A stretch of 64,000 nucleotides of DNA, taken from NCBI RefSeq assembly GCF_009914755.1, contig NC_060933.1; one strand, given 5' to 3'. The stretch is from the human T2T-CHM13v2.0 reference genome, Homo sapiens. The position numbers and the translations under genes are program-made. This document shows, in pieces, positions 38,748 to 49,310 of this stretch. Under the pieces are notes generated by a model, which saw only the letters and a list, made by a program, of their open reading frames with translations, made no database searches and was not told where the DNA came from. Numbering within the stretch: position 1 is the first letter of the stretch; every line of letters starts with the position of its first letter.

Positions 38748-40612
38748 TTTGTTTAATGTAACACTATTTTTAAAATATTTCAGCATTCTAAACATAAAAA
38801 AACGGAACATTGCAAATCGTGTTTAACTACAGAAGGTTCTTAAACTTTCATTGATACAGTGGCAATTCGGTTTGCTGACAATGCATTAGAAGGGAATGCA
38901 TTCGAAGAATAGCTAGAAGGAAAAAAAGTTCGACAGTTATTTTTTAAAAGCAGTTTAGAAACTACCACACTTAACTAAAAACAAACAAAAAAACCTACAA
39001 ATACTTCTCATCTCACTGACCCCCTTTGTCCACAGCTAAGAATAGCAGCAGAATGCTATGTCACTATACATAGAAAGGAGACAACCTGAACCTAAATGGA
39101 TGCCCACTGCAGAGACAACAGGTCCAACCTGATGGTGCACACCCTGAGCTACAGCTCCTTCAAAAGTTATCTTCCCTCACAGCCTCAACACCAGGCAAGG
39201 AGCATTAAGAGTTTGTCTCTGTTGTTTTGTTCTTCCAAACTACAGATATATACAGTTGAGAACTCAGAATTTCTAGCCAATAACCACATAGTTAACACCA
39301 CCTTAAAAATTAAAATGCCAGAAACATCTTTAAATGCTTTGTCCCACCAGCAGCAAAGTGCACAGAGTATGAGGCATACAAGAGTGCCTTTCCATTTAAA
39401 AAATTTTTGGAAATACTTACAACTTTGATACAGTTTCAGGATGCTACAGACACTCATGGCCACTTCATGTGAACCACTGATAATTTCCAGAGCACTTTGA
39501 GAGACTGCACTATGATGGTAATCAATTTTTTTTCTTTTACCATACAACCCAGGAATCCCACTCCTATGTATTTGTTCAAAAGAAGTGTAAATGTGTATCT
39601 ACACAAAACCTGTATGCTGATGTTTGTAGCAACTTATACAGAATTGCCACAAACTGGAAACCTCTCAAATCCTTTTAAAATTTTTTTAAATTTTTTTTTT
39701 TTAATTATACTTTAAGCTCTGGGGTACATGAGCAGAACGTGCAGGTTTGTTACCTAGGTACACTTGTCCCATGGTGGTTTGCTGGACCCATCGACCCATC
39801 ATCTACATTAGGTATTTCTCCTAATACTATCCCTCCCCCAGACCCCCACCCCGACAGGCCCCGGTGTGTGATGTTCCCCTCCCATGGTAATCAAATTTTA
39901 TAATTAAACCTAGTGAGGGTAACAGACACTTCTCAAATAAGGGATGTGTTGGTAACAGTGCTCCCTTACTCTAAGGTATTCACAAGGAGAGTTTTTTTTT
40001 TTTTAATTCATCCTTCTTCTCTTCTTCATCTGACTCTTCCAACGTTTTCTAAACGTTGGAAGTTTCCAACTTTAGCGGGACTGTCCCTCTGTAGCATCAA
40101 ACTTTCCTTTAGACTTATAGTCAGCAACATCCTTCTTATACTTCAGCTTCACTGCCTTAGTGATGTCAGGCTGCTTTTCACGGTCACCTAAGTTATTCTG
40201 CATCTCACCCAACTTTTTTGTTTGTTTGTTTTGCCACATCTCCAGTGGAGGTGTCAGGGTTTCTGGATTTGATCTTGGGGCAGAATTCTGAACAGAACAG
40301 GAAAACTTCAGACAGTGGCCTTTTGGGGGCATCAGGGTCCTTCTTCTTGCCTCCCTTAGCTGGTCTGTAATCCTTCATTTCCCTATCATTGCATTCTTTA
40401 TCCACATTTGCCATGTTATAATTTCAACTTTTCTTCCCCAGACATTGTCTTCGACTTCTCAGAGCACTTCTTGGAAAACTGCAAAATTGACAGAGATCTG
40501 AGTTTTTCTTATGTTCTCTGCACGTTTGCACAAAGAAGACATAAGCAGACATCTTGCCCTTGGGTTTCTTGGGGTCACCTTAGCCATGCTGACTGTATTG
40601 TTTGCTAGTCTC
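38748..40612 (-). pseudogene. HMGB3P: HMGB3 processed pseudogene (short 5' UTR, intronless disabled CDS ~40587-40004, long 3' UTR)
   Basis: Minus strand 'gactagcaaacaatacagtcagcATGGCTAAGGTGACCCCAAGAAACCCAAGGGCAAGATGTCT'. ORF-track peptides [24 protein letters not shown]...[13 protein letters not shown] and [10 protein letters not shown]...[15 protein letters not shown] match HMGB3 ([18 protein letters not shown]), not HMGB1/2. The 3' UTR matches through 'gtttagaatgctgaaat...ttacatt'. Frameshifts, no introns. The pseudogene number cannot be assigned from this sequence. Confidence 0.95.
39530..39883 (-). mobile_element. 5'-truncated L1PA (about L1PA6/7) with a 3'-transduced flank, inserted in the HMGB3P 3' UTR
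   Basis: TSD atggtaatcaa(t/a)ttt at 39515-39529 and 39884-39898. L1PA 3' UTR at ~39703-39883 ('attatactttaagctctggggtacatgagcagaacgtgcagg'). T-rich tail ~39673-39702, foreign ~133-bp segment 39540-39672, second T tail 39526-39538. Confidence 0.88.
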
Positions 40613-40629
40613 TATTAAAAAAAAAAAAA

Positions 40630-40915
40630 AGATAGGGTCTCACTCTGTCGCCTAGGCTGAAACGCAGTGGTGCAATCATAGCTCACTGCAGCCTCAAATT
40701 CCCAGGCTTAAGCAATCCTCCTGCCTCAGTCTCCTAATAACTGGGACTACAGGCACACACCCCCACCCCTGGCTAATTTTTTTATCTTTTATTTTTTGTG
40801 GAGATGGGTCTCGCTATATTGCCCAAGGTGGTCTCAAACTCCTGGGCTCAAGGAATCCTCTCACCTTGATATCTCAACATGCCAGTATTATATGTGTGAG
40901 CTACCGCACCGAGCC
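40630..40915 (-). mobile_element. AluJ
   Basis: AluJ diagnostics 'gatagggtctcactctgtcgcctaggctg...atcatagctcactgcagcctc...ctcctgggctcaag'. Ends 'ccgcaccgagcc'. Confidence 0.93.
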
Positions 40916-41144
40916 ACAGCACCTTCTTTTGCATGGAACAGAAAAAATATATATCCACTAGCTTCCAGGAGGATAAACAGTAACTCCTGCTGGATTTCAC
41001 TGGACATTTTATAGCCAGGGCATCACAGGATGAAAACAATATAAACAGGTGGGTCCACACTTTCCCCAGATCAGTTTCCTTTCAGTTATCACTCATTAGC
41101 TATTTAATAGAAAATTCAGCTTTCTGATTCTATCCTTGTGTTAC

Positions 41145-42105
41145 TGTATCCATCAGGGTCTTGGGAGAAAATGCAAGTAACTAAGGTGAGGTTTTGAAGA
41201 TAATTTAATGAGAAGACTAGTTACAAAAGTGTTGAGAAAAGAAAGCAATAAGAAATATTGAAGAATACTGGGACAAGTAAAAGTGGAAGGGAGTGAAGGA
41301 GCTGTGGAAATCACGTTCCAGCCTCAGACTCCCTGAACAGGACAAGTCTGCGGGATAATTTGGGGGCCTACTGCATCCGCATAGATTATGTGCAACTTGT
41401 TGGCATTTTGAAGAAAATATGAAAATAACCAATAAGTTAGAAGAAGAGAAGTAATCTCTGGCCCAAAAACAGAGGATCCTCATATTAGAAGTTACGACTC
41501 CATACCATACAGGGAATGTCAGTCCAAAAACACAGAAAATCCAGAGACTACAGCAAAGACCAGCCAAGCTGTCTTCCTTCATATTATATATTTCACAAGA
41601 TGTGCTGGTCTGTAAAAATACCCTCCCTCTATTGCAGGCAGCAAGACAACTCTTCGTTCCTATTGATTATGCTGCCATTAGGATAGAATGTAAGATGCCT
41701 TTAAAATTCTTATGCTTATATATTGTTCTGACCAATTTCTTTCTCTCTAAGATAAACATAAGTTCTTGAATAGAAGAAAATCAATAAAAATGTCCTAGAC
41801 ATTCATCATAAAAGAATGATAGAGTAGAAACTTGATGAGAGCTACAGCCATAGAAGTTCCTGGAAGGAGCTATAATATTAGAGAGAGAAATAGACCAGAA
41901 TCAATGTGCCCAGGTTTAGAGGGAGGTAGAAGAAAAATTAACTCATCCTCTGTCCTTCTTGTTCTGCTCTTCCATTGGCCACACTCAAGTGGAAGTCAGA
42001 GTCCAAACAGTCCTGGTGATGCTTCTGTAGGATAAGCCTCAAGGCACAGAAGCAGGTCAGAGAACTTATGGGCAAAGGAGAGGCAGATGCAAAATAACCA
42101 AATAA
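41145..42105 (-). mobile_element. Old ERVL-type LTR (LTR33-like) pieces flanking an L1M-like insert (~41290-41830)
   Basis: 'tgtatccatcagggtc...ttgaagataatttaatgagaagactagttacaaaagtgt' and 'ctcttccattggccacactcaagtggaagtcagag...ggtgatgc'. Confidence 0.45.
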
Positions 42106-42779
42106 GTTACTAAAACTGTTCCCATTTTGTAAACGAAGTTGAATTGTAAAGTCAAGGGTAATGCCAACTTAAAGAAATCCAGGAGTGAATCCTCATTTTA
42201 GGTAAATTCTTATTTACCTTATTTTAAGAATATTTATATGAATACATAAAGTATTTGCTCTTGTAAACATCACATAAAGAAAAGATAATCCTTTTCAGAA
42301 AAATATTTTTTTTATTTCAGAAAAAGACTTTTGAGAAACACTGGCTTTAATTTCGTCATCTGAAAATAATTTAATGTTAAGTGCCCCCTACATGTCACTA
42401 TAGAGACACAGTTCTGATTTCATAATATTACATTATCTTTATGTTAGCTATATCTTCTAATTCAGGATACCGCATAGATTTTTAAAGTTTTATGCAATGT
42501 TTAAAGCCATATGTAATACTATGTAACTGTGCAGCTAAGTTAGACCTTTATTTATTTTTGCCCTGTGGCTCTAATTATTGAGGTATAAATTTACATATAG
42601 TAAAGTATAAAATATTAAGCACTGTAAAATTATATGTACATATGCATACATATATACAACTACCAGATAAAAATGTAGACCATAAGGCAGGATTTTACAT
42701 AAGAATCTATCAGCCCTGTTTATAATGGAATCATGAAAATGAGGTGTTCATTTGGGGCTCAGAAAAACGTCTCTCGGGC

Positions 42780-43980
42780 CTACTTTTCCTTTTCCTGTTT
42801 ATTTGCTAGAGTCAACCTAACATGCTCTACTTAGACATAATTCTCAGTATCTGGCTCACATCCCAACAATATAAACTGGCACGGTTGTACTGAAAGACAA
42901 AGAGGAATCAACATTTGGCAAACATAATGATAAAAACTGATTCAGGGCAAAAATATCAACAGATGTTATAAAGTAAAAGTACAATGAGGAATAGAATAGT
43001 TATCTGGTCTCAAAATATTAATTATATATTTATTAATTACAAAATAAAATAACTTTACAATGCAGAAACCCCAATTGATCAGAGATAACATCAATAATTC
43101 TTCTGGATTCGATAAACCAAGAGCACAGTGCTTCTGTGGGTATTCCCATCAATACTGACTAACAGGAATTCAATAATGAGGAAACATCAGACAAACCTAA
43201 ATTAACAGTCATTTTACAAAAGATTAAGCCAGTACTCCCCAAATATGTAAATACCATTAAAGACACAGAAATACTGAAGAGCTGTTCCGGAATAAAAGGA
43301 CTAAAGAGACAGGATACCTGAATGCAATGCATGATTTGGAAACTTCCTTCAGTGTAAAGGATAATATTGGGACAACTGAAAAACTCTGAATATGTATCAG
43401 TGAATTTCCCAGTTTTAATTTTTTTTTTTTTTTTGATAGTTTTGCTCTTGTTGTCCAGGCTAGAGTGCAATGGCGCGATCTTGGTTCACTGCAACCTCTG
43501 CCTCCTAGGTTCAAGCGATTTTCCTGCCTCAGCCTCCTGAGTAGCTGTGATTATAGGCATGGGCCACCACACCCAGCTGATTTTTTTTTTTTTTTTTTTT
43601 AGTAGAAACGGGGTTTCTTCATGTTGGTCAGGCTGGTCTTGAACTGCGTACCTCAGGTGATCCATCCACCTTGGCCTCCCAAAGTGCAGCAATTACAGGC
43701 GTGAGCCACCGTGCCCGGTCCATTTTAATTATTATAGTGTGGTTATGTAAGGGAACATTCTTGTCTTTTGGAAGTACACACTGAACTGTACCACATAGAG
43801 ACATGAACTATTCCACATAAAGTGATGTGAATTGTATAACACAGAGATATAAAGATAGAAACAGAGATAGTGACAGAGAAAATCATAACATTTAGAGAAA
43901 TTTAATGAAAGGAGTTTGGGAATTCTTTGTACTAATCTTGAAAATTTTCTGAAATTATATCAAATAAAAAGTTAAACAGA
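42780..43980 (+). mobile_element. L1MC-type 3' UTR, split by an Alu
   Basis: 'aataatgaggaaacatcagacaaacctaaatt', 'aaaggactaaagagacagg...aatgcaatgcatgat', 'ggaattctttgtactaatcttg...aaataaaaagtt'. Confidence 0.75.
43421..43720 (-). mobile_element. AluSp-like
   Basis: 'tttgctcttgttgtccagg...gtgcaatggcgcgatc', 'tttcttcatgttggtcaggctgg'. Approximate TSD cagttttaatt/cattttaatt. Confidence 0.93.
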
Positions 43981-44483
43981 GGGGCAAAAAACGGAGGAGA
44001 CTAAACTAGGCAAAGGAGCCCTATGACAAGACAAAAAAAACTAGTCCCGGTCCTAAAACAAATCAAAGAAGAGGTGATAATTTTTTTGGTGAGAAGTTAG
44101 AGATGTCCATTCTTCCTATCACAAGGCAGAAATAAATCCTTCTGTTTTAGGAAAAACAACAAAACAGATAAACCTCAAAATAGAGTAATTTTGAGGAAAG
44201 CAAACTCCAGGCACAAGCATTTTCACTGATACATAGTATGCCATACTCCATGGCACACAGGCTGTAAAACAGTTTCCCCCAAAGGGACCAGGGTTGTTGC
44301 TATAATGGGTGTTCTCTTTGAACAGTGAGGACTGCTTGGCTGCTGATCACACAGCACCCTCAGTACCTTAGCGCTGCACTAAACTCTGGTAGGGGGATCT
44401 TCAAGAAAGGCTGATGTTAACATTTCCAGCAGCCTGGAAAAATGGGAACTCTGAGTCAGATTTGGGTTGTTTTAATGAAAATA

Positions 44484-45515
44484 GAGAGTTCTAATTTCTC
44501 CACATCCTTGCTAACACTTGCCCTTTGTGTATGTGATAACAGCCATTCTAACAGGTGCAAGGTGCTATCTCATTGTGGTTTTGAATTGCATTTCCCTAAT
44601 GATTAGTGACATTGAGCATCTTTGTATATACCTGTTGGCCATTTATAATGTCTTCTTTAGAGAAATGTATATTTAAATCCTTAGTTCATTTTTTAATCAG
44701 GTTATTGCATTTTTGGACATTGGTTAGTAGGAGTTCCTTATATATTTTTGAAACTAACTTATCAGATATACGGTTTGCCAAATTTTTGTCCCATTCTGTG
44801 AACTGCCTTTTCACCCTATTGATTGTTTCTTTTGCCACATGTTGGCAAGGATGTGGAGAAACTGAAACCCCTGTACAGTGTTTGTGGGAATGCAAAATGG
44901 TAAAGCTGTTATGGAAAACACTACAGAGGCTCCTCAAAAAAAAAAAAAAATAGAATGACCATATGATCTAGCCATCCAATTTCTGAGTCTATATACAAAA
45001 TAACTGAAATCAGGATCTCAAAGGAATAAATACACCCCCATGTTCATTGTAGAATTAGAATTATTAACAATAACCAAGATGTGAAAACAACATAAATGTT
45101 CATCAACAGATTAATGGATAAAGAATACATGGTATGTACATACAATTGAGTATTATTCAGCCTTAAAAAAGAAACACATTCTACAATATGCAATATCATG
45201 AATGAATCTGGAGGACATTATGCTAAGTGAAATAAGCTAGATACGGAAGAACAAATACTGCATGATTCCACTATATGAGGTATCTAAAATAGTCAAACTC
45301 ATAGAAGCAGAAAGTAGAAAGGTTGGATACCAAGGGCTGGAGGAAGAAGAACATGAGGAGTTGCTAATCAACTATATAAAGTTTCAGTTATAAAAGATAA
45401 ATAAGTAATGGAAACCCACTCTACAACATTGTGCCTATAGTTAACGATATATTGTACACTTAAAAATCTGGTAAAAGGGTAGATTTCATGTTAAGTGTTC
45501 TCACCGCAATAAAAA
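44484..45515 (+). mobile_element. L1MA10/L1MB1-like 3' end with an inverted 5' segment (44484-44835 on minus strand)
   Basis: ORF2 peptides on opposite strands meet at ~44835: minus strand KETINRVKRQFTEWDKNLAN, plus strand CWQGCGETETPVQCLWECKMVKLLWKT. The 3' UTR ends 'gggtagatttcatgttaagtgttctcaccgcaataaaaa'. Confidence 0.9.
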
Positions 45516-45571
45516 GACCCCATGAGCACCTAAAGAAAATAAAAACAGAGAAATGTGGCAAATATTAGACT

Positions 45572-46132
45572 GATATTCTGTGAATTAAAAATGCTCTCCA
45601 CTTCTTTATGACTCTTCCATAAGGAGGGGAGGTCTGTATTTTTATTTTTGCTTTTTTTCTCACCGATTTTGGAATGGGCCTGTGACTGCTTTGGCCAATA
45701 AAATATTGGTGACATGTACTGGCTTTCCACCCCAACTTTAAGAAACCTGGCAGCTTTCACTTCCTTTCTTGGAATGTTTGTGTTGGAAACCCTGAGGTGC
45801 TTTAAGAAACCTGCTGGAGAGAAACTAGGTGCAGAGGCCACGTGGAAAGAGAAAGAACTTGAGACTACATAGGAAGAGAGGCCTGAACAGCCCTGCTATG
45901 CCAACCAAACCGGTCTTCCTCTCTTCCCCTCCCAAGGCACCAGACATGTACATGAGCCATCTTAAATATTCCACACTAGTGGAGACCCCTGATGGCTGTA
46001 TTCCCAGTTCATATCACATGGAATAGAAGAAACACTCAGGTGAGCTCAGTTAACATTCAGAATCATAAGAAGTCATAAAATGGTTACTAGGTTTTAGGGT
46101 AGTCGGTTATAAAACAAAAAGTAAGAAGGACA
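45572..46132 (+). mobile_element. MLT1H/G-like solo LTR
   Basis: 'gaatgggcctgtgactgctttggccaataaaatat', 'ttaagaaacctggcagctttcacttcct', 'caaggcaccagacatgt'. Confidence 0.75.
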
Positions 46133-46134
46133 GA

Positions 46135-47150
46135 CTCATATTCACTCATGTGTAATTATTTCACCTATTCAATAATTATTTTATTAAGCATTTATTAAAG
46201 ACCCCAATGGCAGGCTCCTTGCTGTTGATTTCTGCCTTATTGGAAAATAAACATAAAATACAAGAGAATAAAATACATCCATGATGTTTGTAACTAAAGT
46301 GCATGGTATAATAAAAGGAGATTGGACCCAGGCAGGAAAGTCAAGGTGAAGCCGCATCATTTGTGTGGAGAAATACCCAAGGTTTTTTGTCTTGCGCTAA
46401 GGAAAACAAAGACATGGACATACACCGAGTGGGTTTTAAGAGCAGAAAGTTTAACAGGCAAAAGAAAGAAGAGAGAGCTTCCTCATGCAGAGGAACGGGG
46501 CGCCCAAGTGGGTTTTCAGGTTCGGGGTGAGATGCAGTTGATTTTCTAGAGGAGCTTGAGGAGACGGTGTCTGATTTACACTGGGTGTAGTGGATTGGTT
46601 TCACCAGGTGTGCCATTTACATAGCCCACGAAGAGGCTGGCCATCCCACCCTAATCTTTTATTATGCAGATGGGGTTTCCACTTGGCAGATGCCATGACA
46701 CTCGCACACGTGGCGGAAGAGAAGAAGGGAAGAGAAAACTTCCATGTTGGATATACCTGGCTTCTGGTATAGCTGCCAACATTCATCTATGCAAGTTACC
46801 AGCTTGCTTATCTATGCTTGCAGCTTGATTTTTCAGGCTGCTTTCTGTTATAAAAGAAATAATTTGGGGGCTGCTTTTTAATAAAAGAAAAACCTTACTG
46901 AGGATTCCTGTACCCTATCTGCCTAAATAATTTTTTTAACTCCTATATTAAAGGCTGTGAGGATTAAACTGAGATCAAGCAGTAGTAGGAGGTAATTGAC
47001 ATGGGAGAAACAACCTCCTGTGAAAAGCCATCACAGTATCACAGAACATGGTACTCCGAGGACTGAGAGGGTCTTGTGGCTAGGGCCCAGCTTAATGAGC
47101 AATATATATGGTCAGGTGAGGACAGAATCAAAGACTGAAGCCAGAATTTA
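46135..47150 (-). mobile_element. L2 3' fragment interrupted by LTR9
   Basis: 'cacctattcaataattattttattaagcatttatt' and 'ggaaagtcaagg|aaggctgtgaggattaaactgagatc' across the LTR. Confidence 0.55.
46347..46950 (-). mobile_element. ERV1 solo LTR (LTR9 family), 604 bp
   Basis: Minus strand begins 'taatataggagttaaaaaaattatttaggcagatagg' and ends '...aatgatgcggcttca'. 4-bp TSD AAGG (46343-46346 / 46951-46954). Confidence 0.85.
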
Positions 47151-47159
47151 AACTTAATT

Positions 47160-47255
47160 ACACTGTAAACATCTAGTTAGGGACTATCTTGTTTGCCTTG
47201 TATTCTTACTACCTAGCACATTTCCTGGCACCTGATAGGTGCTCAATAAATGCTA
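47160..47255 (+). mobile_element. L2 3' end
   Basis: 'cctagcacatttcctggcacctgataggtgctcaataaatgc'. Confidence 0.75.
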
Positions 47256-47394
47256 AATCTTTATAGGAAGGAGGAAAGAAAGGGAAGGAAAAAGAGAAGG
47301 AGAGACGGAAGGAGAAGAAGCGAAGAGAGAGAGGAAGGAGTAACTTGTCCTTTGCGCTGGCGTTACTCTGTTTAGACAAGAATACACTCTCATC

Positions 47395-47550
47395 CAGTAG
47401 TTCTCAAATTTTGTCACGTTACAGTTATCTGGGATTTCAAGAAAATCCTTGTATCCAAGCTGAATCCCATACCTAATCAATTAAATCCTCTTGAGTGAGA
47501 CTCAGACATCACAGGTGCTTCCAATGTGCAGCCAAGCTCGAGGAGTGGTG
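47395..47550. mobile_element. MER5-type hAT MITE
   Basis: 'cagtagttctcaaattttg...aggtgcttccaatgtgcagccaagctcgagga'. Confidence 0.7.
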
Positions 47551-48349
47551 TTCCCAGCAGTCTATGCTCCTCTATAGGGCATGATGCTCCCTGACTTACT
47601 TTCTGCAGAGACCTTGCAGTTGTAAAGGTCAGAAAATTAATCTAGGTCCTAATGCAACCAGACATTGGTTGCACTAGTCTCCACTAGTCTGGAATATTTA
47701 AGATGGCTCATGTACATGTCTAGGAACAAAAGACCACGTCTAAGAATCATTGAATATTACTGAAAATAGAAGACATAATTTGAAATATACTTCTCCATGC
47801 TTATGTCAAATAACCCATAATTGCTGAATAACCAAATCTCTGAACCAATGAAGTCCATGTTTCAGGGCCCTGACTTCAGCTGGCAGCATCTTTACCTGAT
47901 CTGTCATTAGTTAATTCCTAAGTAAGCTGTCCTCTTTCTGACTTCTCCCCATCAAAAATCCATATACTGTTTGACGGACTAACAGAACATTTTAAAACAT
48001 AAGCTGTGTTTGTACTAATGTCACTCAAACCACCTTGTGGCTTTCCACCAGCTACCATATAAATTACATCCTATTGGTAAAAACTTTTATTACACTGTTT
48101 TTCTGACATTTTTTTCAGCAATATGATGAGCTTTGTTTGCTTATTTACAAATTAAACTCGTCCTTTTTATAAAATTATCATGATGCCTAAAACTCACCCT
48201 CCATTTGAGTCCACTTACCCTACTTATATAATTATTCCACAATATACCTTTGATTTCCTTTTCTACTGCTGTCAAGTTAAATTTCCCCTTCTACATGCAT
48301 CTATTATATCTTCTGCTTGTCCTTTCATTTCACTCCTTACACTTTCATT

Positions 48350-48515
48350 AAAAGTTCAATGTCTATCTTCTCTACCAGTGTGTAAGCTCCATAAAGGAAA
48401 AGCCTGAGTTGCCACACTATCAGAATATCCTCAAAGTCCAGCAAAATGCTGTGCACTTAATATAAACCCACGAAATGAGTTTATGAATGAATAAATGAGC
48501 AAGTAGATGAATAAA
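48350..48515 (+). mobile_element. L2 3' end
   Basis: 'tctaccagtgtgtaagctccataaagga...atgaatgaataaatgagc'. Confidence 0.65.
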
Positions 48516-48905
48516 TGCCCATTGAGGGCAATAAAGACAATTTATCTTTGACATTTTGTAGACATCTCAGAAAAGTTCTAATTCTGCCCAGAGTCACTTC
48601 CTAGAATAGATTCAGAAGGAAAAGGAGAGAGAGGAGCTGTTACTTCAGGCTTTCATTATGTTCCAAAAACTTTCCTTACGTGGAACTCTTAGAATCACTC
48701 AATCATGGATTATTGTCCTACTATAGTACACAGTTTGTTTGGCAACATCAAGGGCCAATACACTTCTTGGAAAAGCGGTCCCAGGCCTGAATAATTTGTA
48801 TTTGTATCATAAAATATTTGATTACTCTGGTATATTCTTGTGACACTGAAGTGATGAGTATTTCTTTTGGCATCATCATAAGTACATTTATATTAGACAT
48901 AAAAC

Positions 48906-49025
48906 TACCTGCTTTCCTTCTTATAGGTGAGTATGTTTTTGATGATTTTAAATCTCAAGTTGTGGCTCAGCATCACAAATGGAAGAAAAAGTAAAAGGAA
49001 AAATGAATGACAATCAAAGGTAAGT
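48906..49025 (+). other. Candidate recursive splice site plus 93-nt cryptic exon (48927-49019)
   Basis: ctacctgctttccttcttaTAG|GTGAGT at 48926/48927 and downstream caaag|GTAAGT at 49019/49020. Motif evidence only. Confidence 0.3.
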
Positions 49026-49044
49026 TTTTCATCATTATAACAAT

Positions 49045-49310
49045 AATGGCAGTAGAGGTATTAATGATATCTGTAGAAAAAACTTACTTTTTTGAAGTAT
49101 ATACTATAGATCATCTACTTTGCTAAATGTTTTTGTATATTATTTAATTTTTACAATGTATTCATGACAGTATTCTATTTTTTCTCACTGTACAGATAAG
49201 GAAACAGGTTAGAAGAATTAAGAGACCACCAGCCAAACAGATCATTACATATGGCTACCAGGGCCTCAAACTGAGACCTTTTTGTTTGGTTGTAAGATCA
49301 ATACTTTAAT
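49045..49310 (-). mobile_element. MIR
   Basis: 'tctcactgtacagataaggaaacaggttagaagaattaagaga'. Confidence 0.6.

Noticed and set aside
40072-40414. HMG-box ORFs as a functional retrogene
   Set aside because: Multiple frameshifts, substitution of conserved residues (e.g. EMWNN to EMQNN) and loss of the acidic tail.
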